Assembly (NCBI GenBank): GCA_031372065.1
Contig: JANMKN010000281.1
Location: 1 to 34,954, forward strand
Direction: 5' to 3'
Length of the DNA: 34,954 nucleotides
From: Abditibacteriaceae bacterium
Lineage (GTDB): Bacteria; Armatimonadota; Abditibacteriia; Abditibacteriales; Abditibacteriaceae
Part shown: piece by piece, positions 9,304 through 18,787 of the stretch
Layout: every line of letters starts with the position of its first letter
Numbering within the stretch: the stretch's first letter is position 1
Notes under the pieces: model-generated
Told to the model about the DNA's origin: nothing
Databases searched by the model: none
Seen by the model: only the letters and a program-made list of their open reading frames with translations
Program-made: the position numbers and the translations under genes

Positions 9304-12300
9304 ATGAAGTTTATACCCGTTTCGCTTTTCGCGGCTTTGCTGTTTTCGCTTGCGTTGCCCTCGCGCGCGCAAGTGAACAATTTGAAAATCGTTACCGATG
9401 CCTCGCCCGATTATTCGGACATAGACAGTTTGATTCACAGCACAACCGCAAAGTGGGACAAAACCGAAGACAAACTGCGCGCGCTGTTTTATTGGACTCA
9501 CATCGCCCGACGCCAGACCGCGCCGATGATTGTGCATGGCACGGCCCTGACCGACCCGATTCGCCAATTTAACGACTACGGTTTTACCATGTGCAGCACC
9601 ATTTCGGGCATCAATTGTTCGCTTTGGCACGCGATGGGCTTGCCCGTTAAATACTGGGACATTTCTAATCATACGGTGCCCGAAGTTTTCTACGAAGGCC
9701 GCTGGCATATGTATGACAATAGTATGTCGGCGCTTTACACCTTATGCGACGGGAAAACTATCGCGGGCGTGGAAGATATTGGCAAAGAAGGCGCTTGCGC
9801 TGCATCCGGCGGTAAAATCGAAAAAGGCCACGTTGCGTTGTATCACTGCTTGAATGCCACCAGTCCTAACGGCTTTTTGACGGGTGCCGATACAATTCGC
9901 CCATTGGATGAAGAAGCGCGCTGTTTTAACCCCAATGGTTTGAAATATCGCTCATATTATTACGATTGGGACAGGGGCCATCGCTACATTTTAAATCTGC
10001 ACGAAGGCGAAGTTTACACGCGCTTTTACAAAAGTTTGGGTGAAACGCCGGAGTATTTTGTGCCCAATGGCGGCAAAGACCCGGAAAAGGCTGGCGATTT
10101 CAAACTGCGCGGTAATGGAGTGCGAACTTTCGTGCCCGATTTAGCTCATATCGATAAAATTGCGCATCAATTTTCCAATATGCGCTTCGACGCCAATGGC
10201 GTTGCGCCACAAGGCAATGGCGAAGTCGTTTTTAAAATCGAAGGCGCCAATGTCATCACCAATTTGAAAATAGATGCGACCTTTTCGCAGCCCAATAACA
10301 GCGCTCTTTTCATCAGCACTACCAATGGCTTGCAATGGCAGGAAGTCGGGAAGAATCAAACGGATTTAAAGCTGAATTTAACCGAAGAAGTGAGCGGCGC
10401 TTATGAAATTTTGGTGAAAGTTTCACTTTCCGGACAGACAGTTTTGAAACGCCTTTCGTTTGAAACTACAACGATGATCAACGCCAAAACGCAGCCGCAA
10501 CTTAACATCGGCAAGAACACAATTTACATCGGTGCGGGCGAACAAACCGATAGCACCGTTTTCTGGCCGGAGTTGCAAAACGAGAGGGCCAAGCCTTTAA
10601 TTGTCGAGCAAAAAAACGTCGTTTTCGCCAAAGAAAATCCCGGCTACCAGGGCACGCTTTACGCCGAAAAAGAAAACGAAGAAGCTTATGTCGTTTTCAA
10701 AATGGACGCGCCGCGCGATATAACAAAACTCACTTACGGCGGGCGCCTCTATAATCGCGCGCCCAAATCACAGATTGATTTTTTGCATTCGTTCGACGGC
10801 GGCAAAACGTGGCTGAAAACTTATTCGCTCACCGAAATCAAGCAGCCGTGGGATGTTATTCATTACGAAACCGTGAGCGATATTCCCAACGGCATGCGCT
10901 CGGTGTTAATTAAATATCGCCTCCATTCATCCGAAGCCGGTAAAAGCGCGTGCAGCATTTACGCGGTGCGTATGGAAGCGAATTACAAGCCCGCCAACAC
11001 AACATTTAAGCCGCTGGAAGTGACTTTCAATTGGAGCGAACGGCAAGACGATTATTCGTTGATCGAGCGTAGCCATACGCAATTGGTAAGCAATCTGCCG
11101 TTTCAATACAACATCAATGTCGGCGGCGCCGATCATCCCGTTGTCAACTCGCTGCGCGCTAATTTGCAAGGCGCTATTCGTGATGTGAAATACGGTTATT
11201 CCGATGGCAAAGATGCAGGCGGCGAAAAGTTTGTCGGACGCTGGGCGACTTACGGCAACAACCTCGCGGCTGGCAAAACTTACACGCTTTCCCTGCCTTC
11301 GGAAACCACATGGGAAGCGGGCGACCCAGACGGCAAAAAACTAACCGATGGCATTGTTGGCCCGACGTTTTCGGGTGGCACTTCGTATCGCAGCGGCGCG
11401 TTGTGGAGCGCCAATAAAAATCCAATTTTCACTCTTGATTTAGGCGCTCTTAAACCATGCGCCAGTTTTGGTTTGAACATTCACGGCTACGAAAGCAAAG
11501 ACGCTTTGCGTGGCCAAGTAAAAGATACCATCGAAGTTTTCACTTCAAGCAATGGCAAAGAATACAAGTCGCAAGGCTTTTTGCAAACTGCCTTGCGCCG
11601 CAAGGATATTCCTTTTAATTTTCTGCTACCCGACAACGAAGAACTGAAAGGCTTTACCGCGCGATTGATTCCAGACAAACCCATCGAAACGCGCTTTGTG
11701 CAGTTCAAAATTAATAACAAGCGATTTTTAGCGGTGACGGAAATCGAAGTTTTGAATTCCATCAAATTCGCGCCTTACGATTTGCAAATTGCTTTGCCAA
11801 ACGAAAAAACAATGCCGCCGCGCGCTGTCACAAATGCAAAACCAATTGTCGAAACCGGAATACCACTTTCGCAAACGACCACCGCAAAAATCGCGCAGGC
11901 GCCGGTTGCAGCACACAACGACGCCAAAGCATTGAGCGAACCCGTTTTAGAGCCGCCTGCGCTGCATTCTCTGGGCACTTATTGGATTATCAGCGGCGAT
12001 GACAACAAGAACGCGCAAGTAGAAGTGGCTTTCCGCAAAACTGGCGCGGCGCAATGGCAAAAGGCGATGCCGCTTCGCCGCATTTTGAAAGGCGACCACA
12101 AAAACGAAGCAGGCCAAAGCAAATTGGAAGTGCCAAATGAGGCGTGGCTGTTCGCCGGAAGCGTGCTGCAACTACAACCTGATACCGATTACGAGATCAT
12201 TTTGAAATTGTCCGATCCTGATGGCGGCGCTGTCGAGAAATCTCTAAAAATGCGCACGCGCAGTGAGCCGCAACTCATTATTAAGACAACGCCAATTCAC

Positions 12301-13590
12301 GTTGTGCCGGGGAACGGCGGCGGCGATGGCAGTCCGCAAAAACCGTTCAAAGGCTTAAACGCCGCGCAATCTGTCGCCAAAGCGGGCAATGTATTTTTGT
12401 TACATAGTGGCATTTACGACGGCACGTTTTCTGTTACCAAAAGCGGCGAAGAAAACAAGCCAATTATCTGGCGTGGCGCGGGTGATGGCGCAGCCATTTT
12501 AGACGGGCAGGGCAAAGCCGAAAAGCGTCCGGGGCGCAGCATCAGCGCCAATGACACGCACGATGTGTGGTTTGAAAACCTCACCATCCGCAACGCCGAT
12601 TATGCCTTTGTCGGCCACAATTCGGCGCGCCTTGCTGTGCGCGGCTGCAAGATAAATAATGTCGAATTTGGCATCACCTGCACTAATAATCAAAAAGATG
12701 TCGTGAACGGCTGGTTCATCGCCGATAACATTATCGAAGGCCCATCCACATGGCCGCGCACCAAAGGCATCGAAGACGCGCGCGGCATTCAAGTAACCGG
12801 AACTGGCCACGAAATTTGCTACAATCGCATTCGCGGCTTCGGCGATGCGATTGATACATTTGGTTCGGTGCGATGCGCTTCGATTGATATTCATCACAAC
12901 GAAATCAGTGAATGCACCGATGATGGCATCGAAACCGATTACGCCGAGCGCAACGTGCGCGTGTGGGAAAACCGTTTGACCAATGTGTTTCAAGGCATCT
13001 CTACGCAGCCGGTTTTCGGCGGCCCAATTTATATTTTTCGTAACGCGCTTTACAACGTCGGCATGGAGCCGTTCAAAATGCACAACAGTCCATCGGGCGT
13101 TTTGATAATGCACAACACCATTGTCAAAAAAGGCGTGCCGCTTCTTTTGTATAGCAACGCGCCCGTCAAAAACTGCTTTTATCGCAACAATCTTTTTATC
13201 GGCACGGATGGCGACTATGCCTATGAAAGCACCGCTAAAATGCAAGATTGCGATTTCGATTACGACGGCTTCGGCGGCGGGCCATATGGAAAATTTCTCA
13301 AGTGGAACGGCGAACGCTTCGCCTCGATAAAAGAAGCACAAGCCAAAGCGCCGGTTTACAAACACGCCGTCGCCAAAGACAATGCAAAACTTTTTCAAAA
13401 CTGCACGCCGCCGCCCGCCGATGAAAAAGCGCAGTTCCCCATCGGCTTCGATTTGCGCTTGAAAAACAGCAGCGCCGCCATAAATTCCGGCGCGCGTTTG
13501 TCTGGCATCAATGATAATTTCAAAGACAACGCGCCCGATTTAGGCGCCTACGAATTGGGCCAAGAATTGCCCCATTACGGGCCGCGTTGA
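9304..13590 (+). CDS. Large secreted multidomain protein: transglutaminase-like N-terminus, beta-sandwich/discoidin-like modules, C-terminal right-handed beta-helix
   Basis: Signal peptide; C97/H123/D138 in MCS...NHTVPEV..EGRWHMYD; discoidin-like NLAAGK...LTDG...EIEV; C-terminal GDGSPQKPF, LHSGIY, DDGIETD and APDLGAYE typical of pectate-lyase-like beta-helices. Confidence 0.7.
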   Translation: MKFIPVSLFAALLFSLALPSRAQVNNLKIVTDASPDYSDIDSLIHSTTAKWDKTEDKLRALFYWTHIARRQTAPMIVHGTALTDPIRQFNDYGFTMCSTISGINCSLWHAMGLPVKYWDISNHTVPEVFYEGRWHMYDNSMSALYTLCDGKTIAGVEDIGKEGACAASGGKIEKGHVALYHCLNATSPNGFLTGADTIRPLDEEARCFNPNGLKYRSYYYDWDRGHRYILNLHEGEVYTRFYKSLGETPEYFVPNGGKDPEKAGDFKLRGNGVRTFVPDLAHIDKIAHQFSNMRFDANGVAPQGNGEVVFKIEGANVITNLKIDATFSQPNNSALFISTTNGLQWQEVGKNQTDLKLNLTEEVSGAYEILVKVSLSGQTVLKRLSFETTTMINAKTQPQLNIGKNTIYIGAGEQTDSTVFWPELQNERAKPLIVEQKNVVFAKENPGYQGTLYAEKENEEAYVVFKMDAPRDITKLTYGGRLYNRAPKSQIDFLHSFDGGKTWLKTYSLTEIKQPWDVIHYETVSDIPNGMRSVLIKYRLHSSEAGKSACSIYAVRMEANYKPANTTFKPLEVTFNWSERQDDYSLIERSHTQLVSNLPFQYNINVGGADHPVVNSLRANLQGAIRDVKYGYSDGKDAGGEKFVGRWATYGNNLAAGKTYTLSLPSETTWEAGDPDGKKLTDGIVGPTFSGGTSYRSGALWSANKNPIFTLDLGALKPCASFGLNIHGYESKDALRGQVKDTIEVFTSSNGKEYKSQGFLQTALRRKDIPFNFLLPDNEELKGFTARLIPDKPIETRFVQFKINNKRFLAVTEIEVLNSIKFAPYDLQIALPNEKTMPPRAVTNAKPIVETGIPLSQTTTAKIAQAPVAAHNDAKALSEPVLEPPALHSLGTYWIISGDDNKNAQVEVAFRKTGAAQWQKAMPLRRILKGDHKNEAGQSKLEVPNEAWLFAGSVLQLQPDTDYEIILKLSDPDGGAVEKSLKMRTRSEPQLIIKTTPIHVVPGNGGGDGSPQKPFKGLNAAQSVAKAGNVFLLHSGIYDGTFSVTKSGEENKPIIWRGAGDGAAILDGQGKAEKRPGRSISANDTHDVWFENLTIRNADYAFVGHNSARLAVRGCKINNVEFGITCTNNQKDVVNGWFIADNIIEGPSTWPRTKGIEDARGIQVTGTGHEICYNRIRGFGDAIDTFGSVRCASIDIHHNEISECTDDGIETDYAERNVRVWENRLTNVFQGISTQPVFGGPIYIFRNALYNVGMEPFKMHNSPSGVLIMHNTIVKKGVPLLLYSNAPVKNCFYRNNLFIGTDGDYAYESTAKMQDCDFDYDGFGGGPYGKFLKWNGERFASIKEAQAKAPVYKHAVAKDNAKLFQNCTPPPADEKAQFPIGFDLRLKNSSAAINSGARLSGINDNFKDNAPDLGAYELGQELPHYGPR

Positions 13591-13664
13591 ACATCAGATT
13601 TTTTCAGGGAAAGCGACATTTCGCACGATACAAAATTGCTTCAGAAATAGGCGATTCATATTCG

Positions 13665-14144
13665 TTAGGTGATTTCTTGCCTATCCCGTGTAAGCAACTT
13701 CGCACCACGGAAAAGTAGGAAAATCGCCCATATTAGATGGGGCGCCGTCTGAATAAATAAGTCTTTCTCGCGCCAATTGGCTTCAGTTTGAGTGATTAAT
13801 TTTTCTGCTAAAAGTTGTGTTGTCTCCGGCGAACCAATCGAATAAGCGTTGCCCAATAAAACTAAAATCAGAACTGCCCAAATAACACACGCCGAGCCAG
13901 CCCATTTTAAAGCTGTCCGCCGGGCCACAAAACTTGCAGCTGTCAAGCAACCAAACATAGCGCCAAAAATTATGTTAAAACCTGAAACCATTGTGCCATA
14001 GGCGGCTCCCGCTAACAGGCCTGCAATCACATAACGCGGCACGAAGAGGGCTTCTACGGCGATCACTAAATTAGGAAAGAGAAAGGCGCCGACGAAAGCA
14101 CTTGCAACTACTTTATCGTGTTTTCTTAGCGGCGTCATTTTCAC
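13665..14144 (-). CDS. Hypothetical membrane protein
   Basis: 159 aa with several hydrophobic segments; GGAG upstream; more AT-rich; directly downstream of the pafA-like gene. Confidence 0.65.
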   Translation of the reverse strand: MKMTPLRKHDKVVASAFVGAFLFPNLVIAVEALFVPRYVIAGLLAGAAYGTMVSGFNIIFGAMFGCLTAASFVARRTALKWAGSACVIWAVLILVLLGNAYSIGSPETTQLLAEKLITQTEANWREKDLFIQTAPHLIWAIFLLFRGAKLLTRDRQEIT

Positions 14145-14172
14145 AACTCTTCTCCCAAGAATCGGCCTTTTA

Positions 14173-15657
14173 CTATTCTAAACCTTCGGTGAAGGCGGCG
14201 GCTTCGGCTTCGTAGGTGTGAAACGGATTGCGCAATTCCAAGTGGCGATCTTTATCCACGCGAACCCAATCCCAGTCAATCAAATATCTGTTCCAGCGGC
14301 GCTTTACCAACTGCGAAATCACATCGGCGCGGCCTTTGGCGCGGGTGTTTTGCGGCGGATTGGTGGTGCAATGTTCGATTTGTTCGTCGGTGCAAATGCG
14401 CCGCGCGGCTTCCATTTCCTGCAAGCCGTAATACAAACTTTTGCGCGGGTTGATGTTGTGATATTCCAAGTCCAGCGAATGCAAAATATCATCGCCCCAC
14501 TTGATTTTTTCGGAGTCCATAAACTCCATCAGCATCTGCTTTTTCGCCACCCAATCGAGGCGATCAGAAAGTTCCATCGGGTCGCGTTCGAGCGTGTCCA
14601 AAACGTCTTCCCATTCGCGCAAAGCCAAATCGGTCTGCTCGTCTTTGCCGGTGAGATGTTCTTTGGCGGCGCCCAAATAAATGCGCTGTAAATCAATCGC
14701 GCCGATGTTTTTTCCGTTGGAGCGCTTGACTTGCCAGCGATAAGTATTGTCGCGCGACACACTACGCAACGAATGCAAAACATCGTCCAAACGCACCTCG
14801 CCGGGCAGCACTTTCAAGTCCATCAAATCCAAAACGATACAAGTCGTGGCGATTTTTAACCACATCGCATATTCGTTCATGTTTGGCTCGCCAAACAAAA
14901 CGTGCAAACGATGCAAGTCCGAATAATCATAAAACGAATCGCGCTTCGGATTGATGATGGCGCGATTGAAACGCACGCGCGAGGACACCACATTCACGAT
15001 ATGATCGGCGCGCTGCGACAATTGAAAATTCACTGTCGGATCAATTTCCACCGCGTAAAAATCGGCTACCCACATCGTATCCACATCATGTTCGCCGATG
15101 CTCATGACGTTGCGGCGAAAATCGGTGCGATTGAGTTTGTGACCACCGACGCGTCCCACACCGGCGAAGATTTGGCGCGTTACCAAAAACGGCATCAGAA
15201 GCGCCAAACTGCCGCGAAAAGCGCTGGCCGAAATGTCCACTAAATAATTCTCGTGACAGCCGAAAGTGTGTCCACCAAAGTGGTCAATGGCGTTGGCATA
15301 AAAGGCCACGTCTTCGGATAATTCGAGATCATCCAGCAACGATTGCAAAAGCACGCGCCCGGCGCGGTCATAAGCAACGGCATCGCTCCACGTCACGCAT
15401 TCGGGTGTGGCATATTCTTCATGCGAGCCAACCGCGTCCACATAAAGCCGCCCGCCGTTGAGCAAAAAGCCGCCACTACGCGCCGGTTCAAAGGCGTAAT
15501 CGCGCGCGTGCATATCCAAAAGGCCGAGGCGCTTGCGCAAAAACGCGTGGTCTTTGACCGCTTCCACGATGCGCTCCGACGAGCCGCGCCCTCCCAAACG
15601 TTCGCTCTGCACCATGCAGCCAAATTCGGTTTCAATGCCGACAATACGCTGTTCCAT
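14173..15657 (-). CDS. pafA: PafA/Dop-family protein, most likely the PafA-type ligase (putative UBact ligase)
   Basis: RIVGIETEFG, FLLNGGRLYVD..H.EYATPEC, GCHENY, SQRADH, RLHVLFGE, LDWVAK, LDLEYH, PPQNTRA; located after prcA as in Pup/UBact loci. Confidence 0.85.
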   Translation of the reverse strand: MEQRIVGIETEFGCMVQSERLGGRGSSERIVEAVKDHAFLRKRLGLLDMHARDYAFEPARSGGFLLNGGRLYVDAVGSHEEYATPECVTWSDAVAYDRAGRVLLQSLLDDLELSEDVAFYANAIDHFGGHTFGCHENYLVDISASAFRGSLALLMPFLVTRQIFAGVGRVGGHKLNRTDFRRNVMSIGEHDVDTMWVADFYAVEIDPTVNFQLSQRADHIVNVVSSRVRFNRAIINPKRDSFYDYSDLHRLHVLFGEPNMNEYAMWLKIATTCIVLDLMDLKVLPGEVRLDDVLHSLRSVSRDNTYRWQVKRSNGKNIGAIDLQRIYLGAAKEHLTGKDEQTDLALREWEDVLDTLERDPMELSDRLDWVAKKQMLMEFMDSEKIKWGDDILHSLDLEYHNINPRKSLYYGLQEMEAARRICTDEQIEHCTTNPPQNTRAKGRADVISQLVKRRWNRYLIDWDWVRVDKDRHLELRNPFHTYEAEAAAFTEGLE

Positions 15658-15668
15658 AATACACCTTT

Positions 15669-15765
15669 AATAGAACGCAAATCACGCAAAGGAACGCGAA
15701 TTTACGCAAATATTTTTTGAAACTTTACGTTGATTTGCGCTTATTAGCGTAATTTGCGTTCTATT
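15669..15765. repeat. Imperfect long inverted repeat of ACGC(A/G)AA-type subrepeats between prcA and pafA
   Basis: aatagaacgcaaatcacgcaaaggaacgcgaatttacgcaaa ... tttacgttgatttgcgcttattagcgtaatttgcgttctatt. Confidence 0.8.
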
Positions 15766-16506
15766 TTATAAATTCAGTTCTTCGCCGCGCAGCAGGCGGA
15801 ATTTGCTTTCGCGTGGTGTGAAGCGTTCGAGAATAGCGGCTTCGACGCGGCCTTCTTTTAAGGCTTCGGCAAAATCATCGTGTTCGGTTGGTTTAGCGCG
15901 GTCGTCGTCATCATCGCGGGTCACAGGTTGCGCGCCAGCTTTCCATGCTTGGGCAGCAGCATTTAAAGCCCCGTTAAAATCGGGCGTAGTTTCCTCAAGC
16001 GATTTTTTCAGCGATTCCTGCATCGCATCGTGCGCGGCGTCGCTGCCGGCGGCGATGGCGAAGCGTTGCGTTGAGGTAAATTCGCCGTCGTAATTCAGGA
16101 CGAAAAACGAATCTTTTTCAGGCGTTTTTCCCATTTCAGCAAAAATGGCGCGCATGACGTTGGGCGTGGTCATCGGGTCGCCAAAAGCGCGTTTGAGCGG
16201 CGGCGAAATGGCGAACCCGACAAGGCGCTGCGCGGAAACGTCGTCCGCCGAGCGCGCAAAACCTTCCTGATGGCAAAAGTCAATCGCCGCGAGGCGCACA
16301 GCTTCCACATCGGCCTGATTGCCGAGCGCAGCAAACATCATTTGGTCGTAAATCTCGAAAATTTTACGCGGCGCACGGCGCACAGTAAAAAGCAAAACGC
16401 CACCGTCATACGAAACGCCGACCACAGGCCCGCCACTTTTCAGGCGCTCTTCCACATAGTCGGCACGATGCACGATGGTTTGGTTGAAATCAAAAGGTGA
16501 ATACAT
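15766..16506 (-). CDS. prcA: 20S proteasome alpha subunit
   Basis: MYSPFD..Q...RADYVEERL..G.PVV, RKIFEIYD..MFAALGNQADVE..R resemble actinobacterial-type PrcA; adjacent to prcB. Confidence 0.9.
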   Translation of the reverse strand: MYSPFDFNQTIVHRADYVEERLKSGGPVVGVSYDGGVLLFTVRRAPRKIFEIYDQMMFAALGNQADVEAVRLAAIDFCHQEGFARSADDVSAQRLVGFAISPPLKRAFGDPMTTPNVMRAIFAEMGKTPEKDSFFVLNYDGEFTSTQRFAIAAGSDAAHDAMQESLKKSLEETTPDFNGALNAAAQAWKAGAQPVTRDDDDDRAKPTEHDDFAEALKEGRVEAAILERFTPRESKFRLLRGEELNL

Positions 16507-16509
16507 AAG

Positions 16510-16549
16510 GAGTTTTGAGTTAAGAGTTAAACTGGCTCAACTCTTAACT
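16510..16549. repeat. Heptamer (GAGTTWW) repeats forming an 11-bp inverted repeat
   Basis: agttaagagtt (16518-16528) pairs with aactcttaact (16539-16549). Confidence 0.65.
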
Positions 16550-17363
16550 ATTCAGAGTCCGCATCAATTTTTTCGGCGCGGACGTTAGTTTGGGGAATGG
16601 CGCCGTCTTCCATTTGGCGCAAAACAGTTTTCATTTGCGCTTCATCAAGCGACAAAATGCCCTCGCGTGTGACGGCTTTGGCGGCGGGCAGAATTTTGGA
16701 ATAACCACCCGTCGCAGCATCCAAATCGGCGGCGATATCGAGCAGAATCAAACATTCGCGCAAGGCTTCTTGCAAGTCCATTTGCGAAAACGGCTTGCGT
16801 GTGCGCACTATGTAATCAAACGCGCCGCGAATGGCCGAACTACCCGAACCGGCGGCGCCAAATTCGGCGCTTTCAAAACGCGCGCCCATGCCATCGTAAA
16901 AGAAAATACGACCTTCATCGGCTTCTTTGTCCCATGCCGAAAGCACCGGAATAAAGGCGCCGATGCCTTGCAACATCATCGGCACATTATTGGAAATCGC
17001 GCGCGACATTTCGGCCAATTTACCTTCAAGACTCATTGGCTGCAATTGAGAGCGCTGATAGTATTTGAACGAGTGACGCAGGTAACGCGAAATTTCGATG
17101 GCGCGCGCGAAACTGCCGCTGATGGCAACCAAAGTGTGGTCATCCAGCGGCAAAATCTTCTCGGCGCGATCAAACATCACGCCCATGCCCGCCGTAGCGC
17201 GTCGGTCAGCGACATTCAGCACGCCGTCTTTGTATTTCACGGCGATAACGGTGGTGCCGTGCGTGTCAATCAAGTTGGAAGTGCCGCCAGATGGAACTTC
17301 GACCATTGGCGAAAGTGAAACGAGTCGCGCGAAATCGCCCGGCGCGTGAGATTTGGTATCCAT
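16548..17363 (-). CDS. prcB: 20S proteasome beta subunit with 36-aa propeptide
   Basis: HG|TTVIAVKY cleavage site; T37, D53 and K69 correspond to catalytic Thr1/Asp17/Lys33; GSGS motif; D.ATGG. Confidence 0.95.
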   Translation of the reverse strand: MDTKSHAPGDFARLVSLSPMVEVPSGGTSNLIDTHGTTVIAVKYKDGVLNVADRRATAGMGVMFDRAEKILPLDDHTLVAISGSFARAIEISRYLRHSFKYYQRSQLQPMSLEGKLAEMSRAISNNVPMMLQGIGAFIPVLSAWDKEADEGRIFFYDGMGARFESAEFGAAGSGSSAIRGAFDYIVRTRKPFSQMDLQEALRECLILLDIAADLDAATGGYSKILPAAKAVTREGILSLDEAQMKTVLRQMEDGAIPQTNVRAEKIDADSE

Positions 17364-17372
17364 AGTTTTAAA

Positions 17373-17475
17373 TTCACCGCAGAGAAGCGCAGGCGCTGAG
17401 AGAAATTTGAAATTGAAGAAAGAAATTCACAATTTCATCGTCTTTTTCTCAGCGCTTGCGCGTCTCTGCGGTGAA
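17373..17475. repeat. 33-bp-arm inverted repeat between ubact and prcB
   Basis: ttcaccgcagagaagcgcaggcgctgagagaaa ... tttttctcagcgcttgcgcgtctctgcggtgaa; inner tgaaattg/caatttca also pair. Confidence 0.85.
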
Positions 17476-17477
17476 AA

Positions 17478-17672
17478 TTATTGTCCGCTGCGCTGACGGT
17501 AGCGCTTGGCTTGTTCAGGGTCAACGCGTTTCATGCGTTCAAGTAATTGCTTGTTGTCGGGGCGTTTGACTTTGGGCGCACTGGGGCCGCTGTTGTCCTC
17601 GCCGCCGGGACGTTCAATCGGAGTGGAAGGCAAAGGGCGACGTGTGGTTTCGTCGGCTTGAAAAAATTTCAT
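17478..17672 (-). CDS. ubact: Prokaryotic ubiquitin-like protein UBact
   Basis: 64 aa, disordered-looking N-terminus; C-terminus LLERMKRVDPEQAKRYRQRSGQ fits the UBact R[T/S]G[E/Q] signature; AGGAG RBS; immediately upstream of prcB. Confidence 0.92.
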   Translation of the reverse strand: MKFFQADETTRRPLPSTPIERPGGEDNSGPSAPKVKRPDNKQLLERMKRVDPEQAKRYRQRSGQ

Positions 17673-17686
17673 CGGAGTCTCCTTGC

Positions 17687-17763
17687 TTGTCCTTTGTCAA
17701 TTGTCATTTGTCCTTTGCTGAAAACAAATTCAATGAATGACGACTGCTAATGACAAGTGACGA
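17687..17763. repeat. STRR-like heptamer tandem repeats (TTGTCAT-like) with a degenerate inverted arm
   Basis: ttgtcct ttgtcaa ttgtcat ttgtcct ... aatgacg..aatgaca agtgacg. Confidence 0.7.
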
Positions 17764-17842
17764 CTTCAGTTTACGAAGCCTCGCCACCATACGGCTATGC
17801 GGGGTTAGCCGTTCCGCAGATATAGGCCCGTTTACGTAATCA

Positions 17843-18787
17843 TTACCGTGGCACTTCCACTTTTTCTAAGGCTTCTACGATGAGATTAGCGCTGCGCGCG
17901 CCGCCGTATTTGGCTTTGGTGTCGAGCGCGATGCGATGGGCTAAAACGGGGACGGCTAAAGCCTGCACATCGTCGGGCGAAACATAATCGCGGCCTAAAA
18001 TGCGGGCGCGGGCCTGACAGGTGCGATGCAAAGCCAACGAACCACGCGGCGAGACTGCCAATTTAATGCGCGGTTCGCGGCGCGTCCATTCGCAGAGGCG
18101 CACCATATATTCCACGACAGCGCGTTCGCAATGCACATTCTTAATTTGCTTTTGCAAGCACAGCATTTCCGCGCACGTTAGCACGGGTTGCAAGGCATCA
18201 AAGGGGTGGCCAACGTTTTGGCTGAAAATCACTTCGACTTCATGCGATAAATCGGGATAGCCGAGCGCGACACGCAACGTAAAACGGTCAAGTTGCGCTT
18301 CGGGCAAGGGATATGTGCCGTGAAATTCAATCGGATTTTGCGTGGCGATGACGAAAAATGGTTGAGGCAAAAGGCGCGCTTCGCCTTCCACTGTAACTTG
18401 ATTTTCGCTCATCACTTCGAGGAGCGCGCTTTGCGTGCGCGGGCTGGTGCGATTAATTTCGTCGGCCAACAAAATGTTGGCGAAAACCGGGCCGGGACGA
18501 AATTCAAAATCGCCGTCTTGCGGGCGATAATAACTGCTGCCAGTGATGTCGGCGGGCAACAAATCGGGCGTGAATTGCACGCGGCGAAACGTGCCATCCA
18601 TCGAACGCGCCAGCGATTTGGCAAGCGTGGTTTTGCCGGTTCCGGGCACATCTTCGAGCAAAGTGTGCCCGCCCGCCAAAAGCGAAATGAGCAGCAGTCG
18701 AATGCTTTCGTTTTTACCGCGAATCACGCGCCCTAAATTTTCTTCGATGCGTTCGACGGCGTTTTTGAAATCAACTTCGGTATTCAT
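17843..18787 (-). CDS. moxR: MoxR-family AAA+ ATPase
   Basis: GHTLLEDVPGTGKT (Walker A), RVQFTPDLLPAD, ILLADEINR (Walker B), ATQNP, LPEAQLDRF, SPRG. Confidence 0.95.
   Translation of the reverse strand: MNTEVDFKNAVERIEENLGRVIRGKNESIRLLLISLLAGGHTLLEDVPGTGKTTLAKSLARSMDGTFRRVQFTPDLLPADITGSSYYRPQDGDFEFRPGPVFANILLADEINRTSPRTQSALLEVMSENQVTVEGEARLLPQPFFVIATQNPIEFHGTYPLPEAQLDRFTLRVALGYPDLSHEVEVIFSQNVGHPFDALQPVLTCAEMLCLQKQIKNVHCERAVVEYMVRLCEWTRREPRIKLAVSPRGSLALHRTCQARARILGRDYVSPDDVQALAVPVLAHRIALDTKAKYGGARSANLIVEALEKVEVPR

Noticed and set aside
12499..13398. 299-aa minus-strand ORF
   Set aside because: Antisense to the beta-helix domain with no motifs; typical shadow ORF.
13591..13664. Possible duplicated pafA tail analogous to the metH case
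   Set aside because: No similarity to the pafA 3' end found by eye.
16590..17318. 242-aa plus-strand ORF
   Set aside because: Antisense to prcB.
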